A stretch of 64,000 bases of DNA, from the IMG/VR virus record IMGVR_UViG_3300045988_176028; one strand, 5' to 3'. A model generated the notes under the pieces. That model searched no databases. It worked only from the letters and a program-made list of their open reading frames with translations, and had not been told where the DNA came from. The translations under genes were made by a program, and so were the position numbers. Of this stretch, positions 8,830-17,716 are shown in pieces; the stretch's first letter is position 1, and each line of letters starts with the position of its first letter. The stretch comes from a virus.

Positions 8830-10156
8830 GGAAAAGCGCCGTGACATTCTCCCCCCGCCTGTGGAGGCGGGGGCTTCCTGCTCAAGAACCCCAGTGGGTT
8901 CAGTATCGACAGGCTATCCCCACATGCCCTGTGGTTCGCACGATTTATGAGTCGTGCTACTCGATGATTCTCATTGCCTCATCCCGAATGTTTCGGGCGG
9001 CGTTCACGTCACGGTCATGCAACACTCCGCATGATGGGCACGCCCATTCGCGGATACTTAAATCCTTGACCAGAGGATTCTTGCAACCGCAGTCGTGGCA
9101 TAGTTGGCTGGATGGATACCATTTGTCCACATGAACCAACTGTTTGCCTTGACGGGCGAGCTTGTATTCCAACATGGTGCAGAACATGCCATACCCGTTG
9201 TCCGACGTGCTTTTAGCCAAACCTTTTCTGGCTTTGCGACCATTGGGGAGATAATGTCCCGGATGTTCGTAGTCTGGTTTCGGCTTGGGTTTCTTCATCA
9301 TGCTTTTCATGTTCAGAGTCTCCACGCCGACCATATCGTATGATGCGACAATCCTGTTGGCTTTCTTACGCTGGTAGTCGCGTCTCTGATTGGAGGTCTT
9401 CTCATACAGTCGGCCGACCCGCTTGCACTGTTTACGCCAGTTGGCGGAACCTTTGACCATATGGGAGAGCTTGCGTTGCTCTCTGGCGAGCTTGTCCTGC
9501 ATTTTCCGATAGTATCCCGGATATTCGGCGTGCTCCCCGTCACTGGAAACATACAGGCCGTGAGACGCGTAGTCCAATCCGACAGTCTTCACCGGCTTCA
9601 CTTTTTCGGGTATTTGGGTCTCGTACTCGAAAAGGATTGTCGCGGTGTATCTTCCGGAAGGGCAATGCTCCACGGTGACGGATTTCAGTTTCCAATCGTC
9701 GGGGATGTGCTTGTGTTGGCGTACCGCCAACCATCCGAGCTTGGGTAGTTTCAACCTCCTTGTCTTGTCATCCAATCTGATGTTGCCGTGGGACAGATTC
9801 GTCGTGTATGTCTTCCTGCCCCGACGTTTCGACTTGTATTTCGGAAAACCTGTTTTCCTGTCCTCGAAGAACCTCTTGTACGCCTTCTCCAATGCGAGTT
9901 GCGCGTTGCAAAGAGCGAAGCCATCCACCTCGCGCAGGAACGGATACGTGTCCTTGTACAAGGCTGGGGTGGGATAGCATGACTCCCAAGTGGTCTGATA
10001 GTGGGCGATGCGGGTTTCGAGCATGAGGTTGTATACGAACCTGACGCAACCGATGGTACGGTTTATCCGCCGTGCCTGTTCTTCGGTGGGGTAGGCGCGG
10101 AATCTGACCGCCGTATGGGCTTTCATACTTATGCCAGTCCTTTCTCGCTTTGGCTT
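8830..10156 (-). mobile_element. IS200/IS605-family element carrying only tnpB (IS1341-like); boundaries approximate
   Basis: The tnpB ORF is followed downstream by a structured region containing the GC hairpin CCCCGCC-TGTGGA-GGCGGGG (8851-8870). No tnpA is present. The ends are not defined by eye. Confidence 0.4.
8957..10126 (-). CDS. tnpB: TnpB (IS200/IS605 OrfB, RNA-guided RuvC-like nuclease family)
   Basis: 389 aa. N-terminus FRAYPTEEQ...I..T.GC.RFVYN is typical of OrfB. C-terminal zinc finger CHDCGC...CPSCG followed by DRDVNAARNI. Confidence 0.85.
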   Translation of the reverse strand: MKAHTAVRFRAYPTEEQARRINRTIGCVRFVYNLMLETRIAHYQTTWESCYPTPALYKDTYPFLREVDGFALCNAQLALEKAYKRFFEDRKTGFPKYKSKRRGRKTYTTNLSHGNIRLDDKTRRLKLPKLGWLAVRQHKHIPDDWKLKSVTVEHCPSGRYTATILFEYETQIPEKVKPVKTVGLDYASHGLYVSSDGEHAEYPGYYRKMQDKLAREQRKLSHMVKGSANWRKQCKRVGRLYEKTSNQRRDYQRKKANRIVASYDMVGVETLNMKSMMKKPKPKPDYEHPGHYLPNGRKARKGLAKSTSDNGYGMFCTMLEYKLARQGKQLVHVDKWYPSSQLCHDCGCKNPLVKDLSIREWACPSCGVLHDRDVNAARNIRDEAMRIIE

Positions 10157-10615
10157 TCAGAAGATATCCTCAACCAAAGAAGTCAACGACTTGCTTGTCT
10201 GGTTCAACTCCCAGAAGCCACGTTCAAATTTCTTGGCCAATTCCATGACCTGTTCGACCTTGTCGAGAAGTATCTTGGCGGACTTGTCAACAGCCTTGAA
10301 AGTGGTGATAGGCACACCATCCCGATACATGGGGATTCGGGCAGTCTCCGTGGGGATTCCAGCCGCGCTTCCATTGTCTCCAGCGTATTGCAGTGAGAGA
10401 TTGTAAGTGAGAGAGAAAGTAGCCTCCTTGACGTATCCTTCTTCGCCCCACATGCATAAGGTCATCTTCCAAGAGCGAGAGAAGGAACGTTCGGGATTGC
10501 AGACATGGCTTTTCGTCCAAACGTACTTGCCTTCCTTGGTGTTCCTTTGAAGGTAGGAAAGGTTTTCTCGGTCATTCCTTTTTTCGAACTCTTCGAGAGT
10601 GGTCTGCTTGTTCAT
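10157..10615 (-). CDS. hypothetical protein
   Basis: 152-aa ORF with promoter motif P5 28 nt upstream. Confidence 0.5.
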   Translation of the reverse strand: MNKQTTLEEFEKRNDRENLSYLQRNTKEGKYVWTKSHVCNPERSFSRSWKMTLCMWGEEGYVKEATFSLTYNLSLQYAGDNGSAAGIPTETARIPMYRDGVPITTFKAVDKSAKILLDKVEQVMELAKKFERGFWELNQTSKSLTSLVEDIF

Positions 10616-10642
10616 GGGTTTGCTCCTTTTTGATTTTCTGTT

Positions 10643-10665
10643 TTTGTGTGAACGATTTCAGTATA
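10643..10665 (-). promoter_or_regulatory. conserved promoter/operator motif, copy P5
   Basis: Gene-sense TATACTGAAATCGTTCACACAAA. Confidence 0.6.
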
Positions 10666-10685
10666 GCATAAAACCTTGGAGCAAA

Positions 10686-11363
10686 TCAACCCAAAGAAGC
10701 CAACTCCACCTCAATCCCTGCCAACTCCTCCAACAAACGCTTACGACGAGCCAACAACAGTCGTTTCCTGCGGACGCCATCGAAAACAGGCTGACCGGAA
10801 GCCACATCATGGGAGTTCACCATATTCCTGCCGGTGGGACTCCCATCTCGATTGTTCCCCAACATGGTCAAATCAGCCACGGTCAGCGAACCATTCCGAA
10901 AACTGAACCCGTTCTCGAACATCACATGTTCAAGCCGTGCGATGTTCAACGCTCCGAACTGGGGAACCGTGGTTCCACTACCGTATTTGATACGACGGGA
11001 TTCACGCAGTCGGGCAAGATAATGCAGAAACTGGGCCAAAGTCAGTTTGGTTAGTTTAGCCAACGAGCCGACGCCAATCGAATACAGTCGAATACGGAAA
11101 TCGGCATCCACTACTCCCTCACGATATAAGACGGAATCCTCCACCGGTCGAAAATCCATTTCGTTCTTCCGTAGACGGTTTCCGACGATACGGGCGCTGT
11201 CGGAGCCAAAGGAACCGACGAACTGCTCTTCGGTCAACGAGGTAATATCCCCGATGATGCGGAGTTTCCTTTTCATCTTGTTGACTCGGAACTTGTCACA
11301 GATTTGACCCCGCGCGTTGGTGAAGAGTTTTTCTATCGGGTCTAGGACGGTTAGCTCGCTCAT
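10686..11363 (-). CDS. hypothetical protein (second gene of the Cys-rich operon)
   Basis: 225-aa ORF, 70 nt downstream of the Cys-rich gene with no motif between them. Two LT..QF-type segments weakly resemble helix-hairpin-helix modules. Confidence 0.45.
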   Translation of the reverse strand: MSELTVLDPIEKLFTNARGQICDKFRVNKMKRKLRIIGDITSLTEEQFVGSFGSDSARIVGNRLRKNEMDFRPVEDSVLYREGVVDADFRIRLYSIGVGSLAKLTKLTLAQFLHYLARLRESRRIKYGSGTTVPQFGALNIARLEHVMFENGFSFRNGSLTVADLTMLGNNRDGSPTGRNMVNSHDVASGQPVFDGVRRKRLLLARRKRLLEELAGIEVELASLG

Positions 11364-11432
11364 GGTTCTTCTTCTCTCGTTTTTTGCATGCGGTAGAGGG
11401 TTCCAAGATTGCGGCCGGAATCCTCTTTAATA

Positions 11433-12032
11433 TCACAGATTCGCACTGTCGATGTTGTCGGCAAGGCAATCAGACAATCGGGCGTTTCCGCCTTGGGTCA
11501 GACGATAATGCTTGAGGAATCTGATTGCATCGTTGACTGTTACCAGTTGAGATGGCTTTGCGTAGTCCTTGTCCAGCGTGCGTTCCAATTCGCAGGTCTT
11601 GCATTCTCCTGCATCTCCAAGGCAGTCCTTGCAGAGTGTGCTACCACAGGTGTCGCACGTGTGCCTACAGGTTTTGTCGATGTATTTGCCGCAGTGTTCG
11701 CAACGTTTCCAGCAGTGGGCGCATTCCAAGGTGCCCTCGCAGTCTTCGCAGCTTGCGGCGTCATCGTCGCAGCAGTATGCGTCGCACTTGTCGCAGGAGT
11801 TCAGGCAATCTTTGCAGAACGTGTTGCCGCAGATGTTGCATCGTTCCGCGTATTTGTCGCAGACGATGTTGTCGCACTTGTAGCACAGGTGGCAGTGGTC
11901 GCAGCAGAAGACGCCTTCGCAGTTGGAGCACTGGTATAGGCAGTCTTCGCAATAGTTTTTGTGGCAGTGGTCGCAGGTGCCGTTGGCTATTGGATTGTTG
12001 AGGACGCAGTAGGAGCATTCGCAGTTGCTCAT
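11433..12032 (-). CDS. extremely cysteine-rich (multi-CxxC) protein, function unknown
   Basis: Start at ATG 12032 (MSNCECSYC...), after AAGGAGAAAAA. About 45 Cys in the first ~150 aa, arranged as repeated CxxC / CxxCxxxC units. The last ~45 aa are Cys-free. Confidence 0.6.
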   Translation of the reverse strand: MSNCECSYCVLNNPIANGTCDHCHKNYCEDCLYQCSNCEGVFCCDHCHLCYKCDNIVCDKYAERCNICGNTFCKDCLNSCDKCDAYCCDDDAASCEDCEGTLECAHCWKRCEHCGKYIDKTCRHTCDTCGSTLCKDCLGDAGECKTCELERTLDKDYAKPSQLVTVNDAIRFLKHYRLTQGGNARLSDCLADNIDSANL

Positions 12033-12067
12033 TTTTTCTCCTTGTTGGGTGTGGATTTCGACCCTTG

Positions 12068-12090
12068 TTTGTGTGGACGATTCCAGCATA
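12068..12090 (-). promoter_or_regulatory. conserved promoter/operator motif, copy P6
   Basis: Gene-sense TATGCTGGAATCGTCCACACAAA, 36 nt upstream of the ATG at 12032. Divergent from cas9. Confidence 0.55.
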
Positions 12091-12141
12091 CCACATAAAT
12101 AAGAGAATTAAGACAGCATGCCAAACAAGTCCCATCAATGA

Positions 12142-12168
12142 TATATATTGGACATGTCCACAAATAAA
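12142..12168 (+). promoter_or_regulatory. palindromic variant of the motif, plus-strand copy upstream of tracrRNA candidate and cas9
   Basis: TATATATTGGACATGTCCACAAATAAAA. It shares TTGGACATGTCCACA-ATAAAA with the copy at 58084-58108. The core TGGACATGTCCA is a perfect palindrome. Confidence 0.5.
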
Positions 12169-12242
12169 AAACCAAGCGCTGTTCGAAAAACGGAAACGAC
12201 ACGCCGGGGTTGCCAGAAGAACACTGTGTGTTATAGTGGGAA

Positions 12243-12331
12243 CCACGGCATATAGTTTAAACAAGTCCGGTGACAGACCGGAATTGACCGTAGAGCGGCG
12301 ATAGGACGCAAGTCCCAATCGCCGCTTTTTT
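12243..12331 (+). ncRNA. tracrRNA candidate A (anti-repeat + nexus-like hairpin + intrinsic terminator)
   Basis: CCACGGCATATAGTTTAAAC pairs over 17 positions (15 Watson-Crick, 2 G:U, 1 bulge) with the 5' end of the repeat read from the minus strand. It is followed by AAGTCCGG-TGACAGA-CCGGAATT, resembling the AAGGC..GUCCG nexus. The hairpin GAGCGGCGAT...ATCGCCGC plus TTTTTT ends at 12331, 30 nt before cas9. Confidence 0.5.
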
Positions 12332-12360
12332 AATGCAGTGCGGAAAGAGAACAACAGACC

Positions 12361-15300
12361 TTGACCGCAAAAACCAATATCCGCTATCGCGTGGGAGCTG
12401 ACGTAGGACTCAACAGTCTAGGATTCTCGGCAATCCAACTCGACGCCAACGGCAACCCAATCACACTACTCAAAACCCTCAGCTACATTCACGACGGCGG
12501 AGTAGACCCAACCCAAAACAAGTCCGGCACCACCCGCAAGGCCATGGCCGGAATCGCCCGACGTACCCGCAACATGCGCAAACGCCGCCGCCACCGTCTC
12601 AACCAACTCGACCGTCAGCTCTACCAACTGGGATATCCGGTGGACGAAGTGCCGGAAAGCGAACACGGACTCTACGAATACTGGAACGTCCGTTCCGCAT
12701 TGGCGACCGCCTACGTCCCCGACAAGGACAAGCGTGACCGGATGATGGTCATGGCTATCCGACATATCGCACGCCATCGCGGTTGGCGCAACTCCTATAG
12801 TCGGGTCGAAACCCTGTTCGAGGACGTGGAGCCGTCCGACCAGTACAAGGATTTGAAACAGCGAGTGGAGACCCGTCTTGGAATGAAACTAGACGAGGAT
12901 ATGACCCCGGCGCAACTCGTCGCATTGACGCTTTCAGACCGTGATGAGAACTTCATGAGGGTTCGTACCAGCACAAAATACGGTGAGGGTGTTCTGCCAA
13001 GCCGTCTCATGCAGTCCGACAATGCGCGTGAACTCCGACGCATCTTCACCGTCCAGCAAGTGCCCGAGGACGTTTGGAAGCCCATCCTGCGTACCGTGTT
13101 CCACTGCGCATCCCCCAAGGGTTCCGCAGAGAAGCATGTCGGAACAGACCCGCTCGACCAGACCCAGAAGAGAGCGTTGAAGGCCAGCATCGCCTTCCAG
13201 AAGTACCGTATCCTCAACGTCATCACCAACCTGCGTATCCGACGCAAAGGCGAAGCATCCCGACCGTTGACCGTCAACGAGAAACAGGATGTATACGAAC
13301 TGCTCACCACCGCCAAGGAAGACTTGGAATGGTTGGACGTGTGCGCCGTGCTTGACATCGAACGCAACGAACTCAAAGGCGTCGGCACCCTCACCCATGA
13401 CGGGGAGGAAAGAATCGGTAACAAGCCACCCGTCTTGGACACTGTCATCCGACTCCACGGCATCAAAAACACCAAGCTCCGCAAGATGATGGACGCATGG
13501 TGGAACACGGCCACCGAGACCGAACAGGCCGCGATGATTCGACTCCTGTCCAACACGGTTGACTTGGACAAGGTGCGCGACCTCATCGAATACGCCTCCC
13601 CCATCGAATTCATCGACGGGTTGGACGAAGACCTGCTCACCCCGTTGGACTCCATCAGTCTTCCAGTCGGACGTGCCGCCTACTCCGAAAAAACCCTCAC
13701 CCGACTGTCCAAACGCATGTTGGAAACGGAAGATGATTTGCATTATGCGATTCGCCACGAGTTCAACGTGCCCGCAGACTGGAAGCTTCCGGTTCCACCT
13801 GTTCAGGAGCCGACCGGCAATCCTGCCGTTGACCGAGTGTTGAAAGCGTTCAACCGTTTCCTCAGCCAGTGCGAACAACAGTATGGCATTCCGGAAAGCA
13901 TCGCCATCGAAACCACGAAGGAATCGTTCTCGTCCATCGCGTTCGGACGCACGCTCGACTATGAGCGCCGTCAACGTCGGGACAAGGACAATCAGACGCG
14001 TGCCGCAATCCGTGAGGATATGAGGAAGCAACTGTCCAACGGCGGAAGCTTCAAAGTCCACGACTACGACATTCGCCGTTGGGAAATCGTCCAATCGCAG
14101 AACAACACATGCCTGTACTGTGGTGCGACCAGTCCACGATTCAGTTTCGATAAGTCGGAACTCGACCATATCGTTCCCCGTCGTGGTGTCGGTTCGGACA
14201 GCAAACGCACCAACATGGCCGCAGTATGCCCCGAATGCAATGCCAACAAGTCGAACATTCCGTTCGCCGTCTGGGTGCATTCCGACTATGCGAAAGCGCA
14301 CGGCATCACCATGAATGATGTCATCGCACGAGTGAACCAGCTGATGTTCCCACCATCCATGAACCGCAAGCAGGTCAGTCAGGTGAAAAAGGCCATCATC
14401 AGCCGACTCAAGCAGACCGAACAGGACGAGCCGTTGGACAATCGTTCCATCGAATCCGTGGGCTGGATGGCCGACGAACTCCACCGCCGACTCGATGGAC
14501 GATACGCCAACAAAACGGTGAAAGTGTCCACGTTCCCCGGCTCCATCACCTATGAGGCGCGACGCGCTTCCGGCATCGACGGGCAAATCCACTTCATCGG
14601 CGCACAGTGGAAGACCCGACTCGACCGCCGACACCATGCGGTTGACGCTTCGGTCATCGCCATGATGAACCAGAGTGTCGCTCTCCGTCTTGCCGAACGC
14701 CACTATCTACGCGAATCCCAACGCCTGTGCGGGACCCCGTTCGGACAGGCGGACTGGAAGCAGTATCCGAATGAGAACACTCCCGGCTACGACCAATACC
14801 AGCAATGGAGCGGACAGATGAAGAATCTGCTCCACCTGTTGAACAAGGGTTTGGACGAGGACACCATTCCGGTCGTTCGGAGCCGCCGCCTCCGCTTGGG
14901 CAACAGCACGGCGCATGATGCGACGGTGAAACCGTTGCAATACGTGCGACTGGGAGACGCCATGCCGACCAGTCTCATCGACCATGCGCTCACCCCGCAA
15001 GTGTGGAAGGCATTGACCGGATTGTCGGATTATGACCCTCAGAATGGTCTGCCCGCTAATCCGAAACGTGTCATCACAGCCTTGGGTGAAGTATGCCATG
15101 CGAAGGATGAAATCGGTTTCCTTCCGGGCAACAATGCCCAATTGTTCGTCAACGGTGGAGCCGCCGATATTGGCGGAACCATCCATCATGCCCGTATCTA
15201 CCGTTGCGAACAGGTGTTGAAGAACGGGAAACGCAAGACGTTCTATGGCATGGTGCGCGTGTTCCAATGCGATTTGATGAAACGCAGGAAGAACACCGAC

Positions 15301-15687
15301 CTGTTCCGAACCCCGTTACATCCCGCCGACGTGTCCATCCGGTATGCGGACGGCAAGGTCAGGGACGCCATCCGACAGGGACACGCAACCTGCATCGCAC
15401 GACTCACCGTCAACGATGAAATCAAGTTGACACCTGAGATGATGAGGGACATGTGTCCTGAATATGCGAACATGTTCCACACAGATTCCGGCGTCGAACG
15501 ACGATTCATCGTGGCCGGCTTCCCCTCCCCTATCCAGTTCAGACTAGTTCCCTCCGTCATTGCAGAAGAAGGATTAAGTAAGATGGTTGAACAAGGTTTG
15601 GAGGTTCCCCCCAAGGTCGAGAAGATGTTCAAACTGCACACCTTCGTTCCAGTGGTCAATAAGATTGGACATGTTTTAGAGCAGTAA
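12361..15687 (+). CDS. cas9: Cas9, type II-C (actinobacterial-size, 1108 aa)
   Basis: RuvC-I motif YRVGADVGLNSLGFSAI. Arg-rich bridge helix GIARRTRNMRKRRRHR. HNH motif ELDHIVPR...CPECNANKSN. RuvC-III motif RRHHAVDASVIAM. Followed directly by cas1 and cas2, with no csn2 or cas4. Confidence 0.95.
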   Translation: MTAKTNIRYRVGADVGLNSLGFSAIQLDANGNPITLLKTLSYIHDGGVDPTQNKSGTTRKAMAGIARRTRNMRKRRRHRLNQLDRQLYQLGYPVDEVPESEHGLYEYWNVRSALATAYVPDKDKRDRMMVMAIRHIARHRGWRNSYSRVETLFEDVEPSDQYKDLKQRVETRLGMKLDEDMTPAQLVALTLSDRDENFMRVRTSTKYGEGVLPSRLMQSDNARELRRIFTVQQVPEDVWKPILRTVFHCASPKGSAEKHVGTDPLDQTQKRALKASIAFQKYRILNVITNLRIRRKGEASRPLTVNEKQDVYELLTTAKEDLEWLDVCAVLDIERNELKGVGTLTHDGEERIGNKPPVLDTVIRLHGIKNTKLRKMMDAWWNTATETEQAAMIRLLSNTVDLDKVRDLIEYASPIEFIDGLDEDLLTPLDSISLPVGRAAYSEKTLTRLSKRMLETEDDLHYAIRHEFNVPADWKLPVPPVQEPTGNPAVDRVLKAFNRFLSQCEQQYGIPESIAIETTKESFSSIAFGRTLDYERRQRRDKDNQTRAAIREDMRKQLSNGGSFKVHDYDIRRWEIVQSQNNTCLYCGATSPRFSFDKSELDHIVPRRGVGSDSKRTNMAAVCPECNANKSNIPFAVWVHSDYAKAHGITMNDVIARVNQLMFPPSMNRKQVSQVKKAIISRLKQTEQDEPLDNRSIESVGWMADELHRRLDGRYANKTVKVSTFPGSITYEARRASGIDGQIHFIGAQWKTRLDRRHHAVDASVIAMMNQSVALRLAERHYLRESQRLCGTPFGQADWKQYPNENTPGYDQYQQWSGQMKNLLHLLNKGLDEDTIPVVRSRRLRLGNSTAHDATVKPLQYVRLGDAMPTSLIDHALTPQVWKALTGLSDYDPQNGLPANPKRVITALGEVCHAKDEIGFLPGNNAQLFVNGGAADIGGTIHHARIYRCEQVLKNGKRKTFYGMVRVFQCDLMKRRKNTDLFRTPLHPADVSIRYADGKVRDAIRQGHATCIARLTVNDEIKLTPEMMRDMCPEYANMFHTDSGVERRFIVAGFPSPIQFRLVPSVIAEEGLSKMVEQGLEVPPKVEKMFKLHTFVPVVNKIGHVLEQ

Positions 15688-15708
15688 CCACCGCTTCTAA
15701 TCGTTTCT

Positions 15709-15766
15709 AAAAAGGAAAGGGTCTACCAAAAACCATCTAAGGTTATCAGTAGACCCTTTCCTTTTT
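15709..15766. terminator. strong inverted repeat between cas9 and cas1 (terminator/attenuator-like)
   Basis: AAAAAGGAAAGGGTCTAC ... GTAGACCCTTTCCTTTTT: an 18-bp perfect stem with a 22-nt loop and a T-run, placed directly before the cas1 RBS AGGAGG. Confidence 0.6.
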
Positions 15767-15777
15767 AGGAGGTTGAT

Positions 15778-16668
15778 ATGGCAAAAGGGTGGCGAGTCAT
15801 CGACTGCACCGCAATGACCGGCAGACTGACCTACAAGCGCGGACAACTCGTCGTGGAACACCACGATACGGAGACGCGGATACCGTTGGCCGATACGGCG
15901 GTGCTGCTGCTCGGTATACAAACAACCGTCTCCACAGCACTATTGCAGCAATTGGCGGTCTTCGACGTGGAAGTGCTCATCTGCCAATGGAATCAGACAC
16001 CAATCGCGGCAATGCAATCATGGAACAAACCCAACACCCGTTCCGCCGCCCGTCAGAACGCACAACAGGAAATGAGCCTACCGGCAAGAAAAGCCGCATG
16101 GCAGAAAATCATACGAGCGAAAATACTAGGACAATCCCACGTACTCGACAAACTCAACTTGGACGGAGGGGAACTCTTAAGAAGTCTAGCCGTCCAAGTC
16201 CACTCCGGCGACCCGAACAACATCGAAGGACAGGCGGCACGCGAATACTGGCATCACATGTTCTCTGAAGAACAATTCCGCCGATTCCCCGGATATGGCG
16301 AAGGGCACAACGCTCAACTCGATTACGCGTACACGGTACTGCGTGGATTCCTGATTAAGTCCATCTGCACAGCGGGACTCTCCCCCACCATCGGCATACA
16401 TCACCATTCAGCCAGCAACTATTTCTGTCTGGCAGACGATTTGATAGAACCGTTCCGACCGGCCATCGACTACCAGATAAGCCAACTACCGGACGGACCG
16501 TTGGACTCGGAAATGAAACAGCAGATAGTGCTGTCCGTCAACAGCCAATTCAACCCAAAAGAACTAACCATCCCATCACTGGTGGACGAATTTTGTGGAC
16601 AATACGCGCAATACTGCGAAGGCTGGCTGGACAAACTACCCGTCCCCGTCTTCGGAAAAAGGCGCTAA
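15778..16668 (+). CDS. cas1: Cas1 integrase
   Basis: 296 aa. Motifs NIEGQAAREYW, NAQLDYAYTVLRG and GIHH....N.F.LADDLIEPFRPAID are typical of type II Cas1. Confidence 0.92.
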   Translation: MAKGWRVIDCTAMTGRLTYKRGQLVVEHHDTETRIPLADTAVLLLGIQTTVSTALLQQLAVFDVEVLICQWNQTPIAAMQSWNKPNTRSAARQNAQQEMSLPARKAAWQKIIRAKILGQSHVLDKLNLDGGELLRSLAVQVHSGDPNNIEGQAAREYWHHMFSEEQFRRFPGYGEGHNAQLDYAYTVLRGFLIKSICTAGLSPTIGIHHHSASNYFCLADDLIEPFRPAIDYQISQLPDGPLDSEMKQQIVLSVNSQFNPKELTIPSLVDEFCGQYAQYCEGWLDKLPVPVFGKRR

Positions 16669-16670
16669 AA

Positions 16671-17012
16671 ATGAAGAGAGATAAGGATAACGGCATGTGG
16701 ACGCTGGTCATGTACGACCTACCCATTACAACGAGAGAGGATGCGGGAGCCGCGAACAGATTCAACCATCTACTCTCTGATTTAGGTTTCGTTCGAGTGC
16801 AATATTCCGTCTATGCAAGATATACCCCCACCCAATCAGGCGGTCGTTCTGCGTTAAAGTATATTCAAGCCGGACTACCTCCCCACGGCAACGTGCGAGT
16901 ACTCTGCGTAACGGACAATCAATGGTCTGATTCACTGAAGTACATCGATAAAAAACAGCAGACCACAGACGAACAGCCGGGGTTACTGACGCTTTTTGAC
17001 GACGAAGAATAG
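16671..17012 (+). CDS. cas2: Cas2
   Basis: ATG is 2 nt after the cas1 stop. MWTLVMYDLP...RF...L...GF.RVQYSVY matches the Cas2 ferredoxin-fold N-terminus. An alternative start at 16695 is possible. Confidence 0.85.
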   Translation: MKRDKDNGMWTLVMYDLPITTREDAGAANRFNHLLSDLGFVRVQYSVYARYTPTQSGGRSALKYIQAGLPPHGNVRVLCVTDNQWSDSLKYIDKKQQTTDEQPGLLTLFDDEE

Positions 17013-17033
17013 TTTAAAAACGTTGATATGAAG

Positions 17034-17066
17034 CCTTTTGCCCAAACTCGTAGTTTGAGCAAAAGG
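17034..17066. repeat. 15-nt inverted partial repeat forming a hairpin with the first CRISPR repeat
   Basis: CCTTTTGCCCAAACT-cgt-AGTTTGAGCAAAAGG. The single non-Watson-Crick position is a G:U pair only in minus-strand RNA. The left arm is the exact complement of the repeat variant at 17501. Confidence 0.6.
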
Positions 17067-17716
17067 TAATACGACATATATTCAAACCTGTTCGCCATAT
17101 GCTATCGTAAGAGTGAGTTTGAGCAAAAGGTAATACGACATATATTCAAACTGATGTCGCACGCGGATTAACGCTCTGGAGTTTGAGCAAAAGGTAATAC
17201 GACATATATTCAAACCACAAGCACACTGAATGTACGTCGTTGAAGTTTGAGCAAAAGGTAATACGACATATATTCAAACTTCAAAAATGGCTATTTTCCA
17301 ACGTTTTAGTTTGAGCAAAAGGTAATACGACATATATTCAAACTGTCCAGTGATTTCCCTCTCCTCACCGGAGTTTGAGCAAAAGGTAATACGACATATA
17401 TTCAAACTAAAAATGAAAGGATTGAAGAAAACATAAGTTTGATTAAAAGGCAATACAACATATATTCAAACCAAAACGGGAACAGGCATTGAACGGTGGG
17501 AGTTTGGGCAAAAGGTAATACGACATACATTCAAACTGCGAGTTTCCCTTCAGTGTGATTAAAAGGCAATACGACATATATTCAAACTGAAGCATTCAGT
17601 GCTTACGCGTCCGAAAAGTTTGAGCAAAAGGCAATACGACATATATTCAAATCAGGCTGCATATTTTCGTCAAAATCGACAAGTATAAATAAGGAAAATA
17701 CGACATATATTCAAAC
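17052..17716. CRISPR. CRISPR array: 11 repeats of 36 bp, 10 spacers
   Basis: Consensus AGTTTGAGCAAAAGGTAATACGACATATATTCAAAC. Repeats start at 17052, 17116, 17180, 17244, 17308, 17372, 17436, 17501, 17552, 17617 and 17681. Spacers are 28-29 nt, except a 15-nt spacer at 17537-17551. Repeats 7-11 carry substitutions and the last is degenerate in its first 18 nt. The pairing logic suggests crRNAs are read from the minus strand. Confidence 0.95.

Noticed and set aside
12795-15659. Minus-strand ORFs (589, 286, 186, 138 aa) antisense to cas9
   Set aside because: cas9 on the plus strand has all catalytic motifs. The antisense frames have no RBS or motif support and biased composition.
15709-15766. 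The cas9-cas1 intergenic hairpin as the tracrRNA (the position used in some type II-C loci)
   Set aside because: It has only a weak, gapped resemblance to the repeat (GTTTCTAAAAAGGAAA against GTTTGAGCAAAAGGTAA) and no nexus-like tail. It is better explained as a terminator or attenuator separating cas9 from cas1-cas2.
17066-17076. TAATACGAC inside every CRISPR repeat resembles the start of the T7 RNA polymerase promoter
   Set aside because: Only 9-10 nt match, the rest of the T7 consensus (TCACTATAG) is absent, and no single-subunit RNA polymerase gene is in the window. Treated as coincidence.
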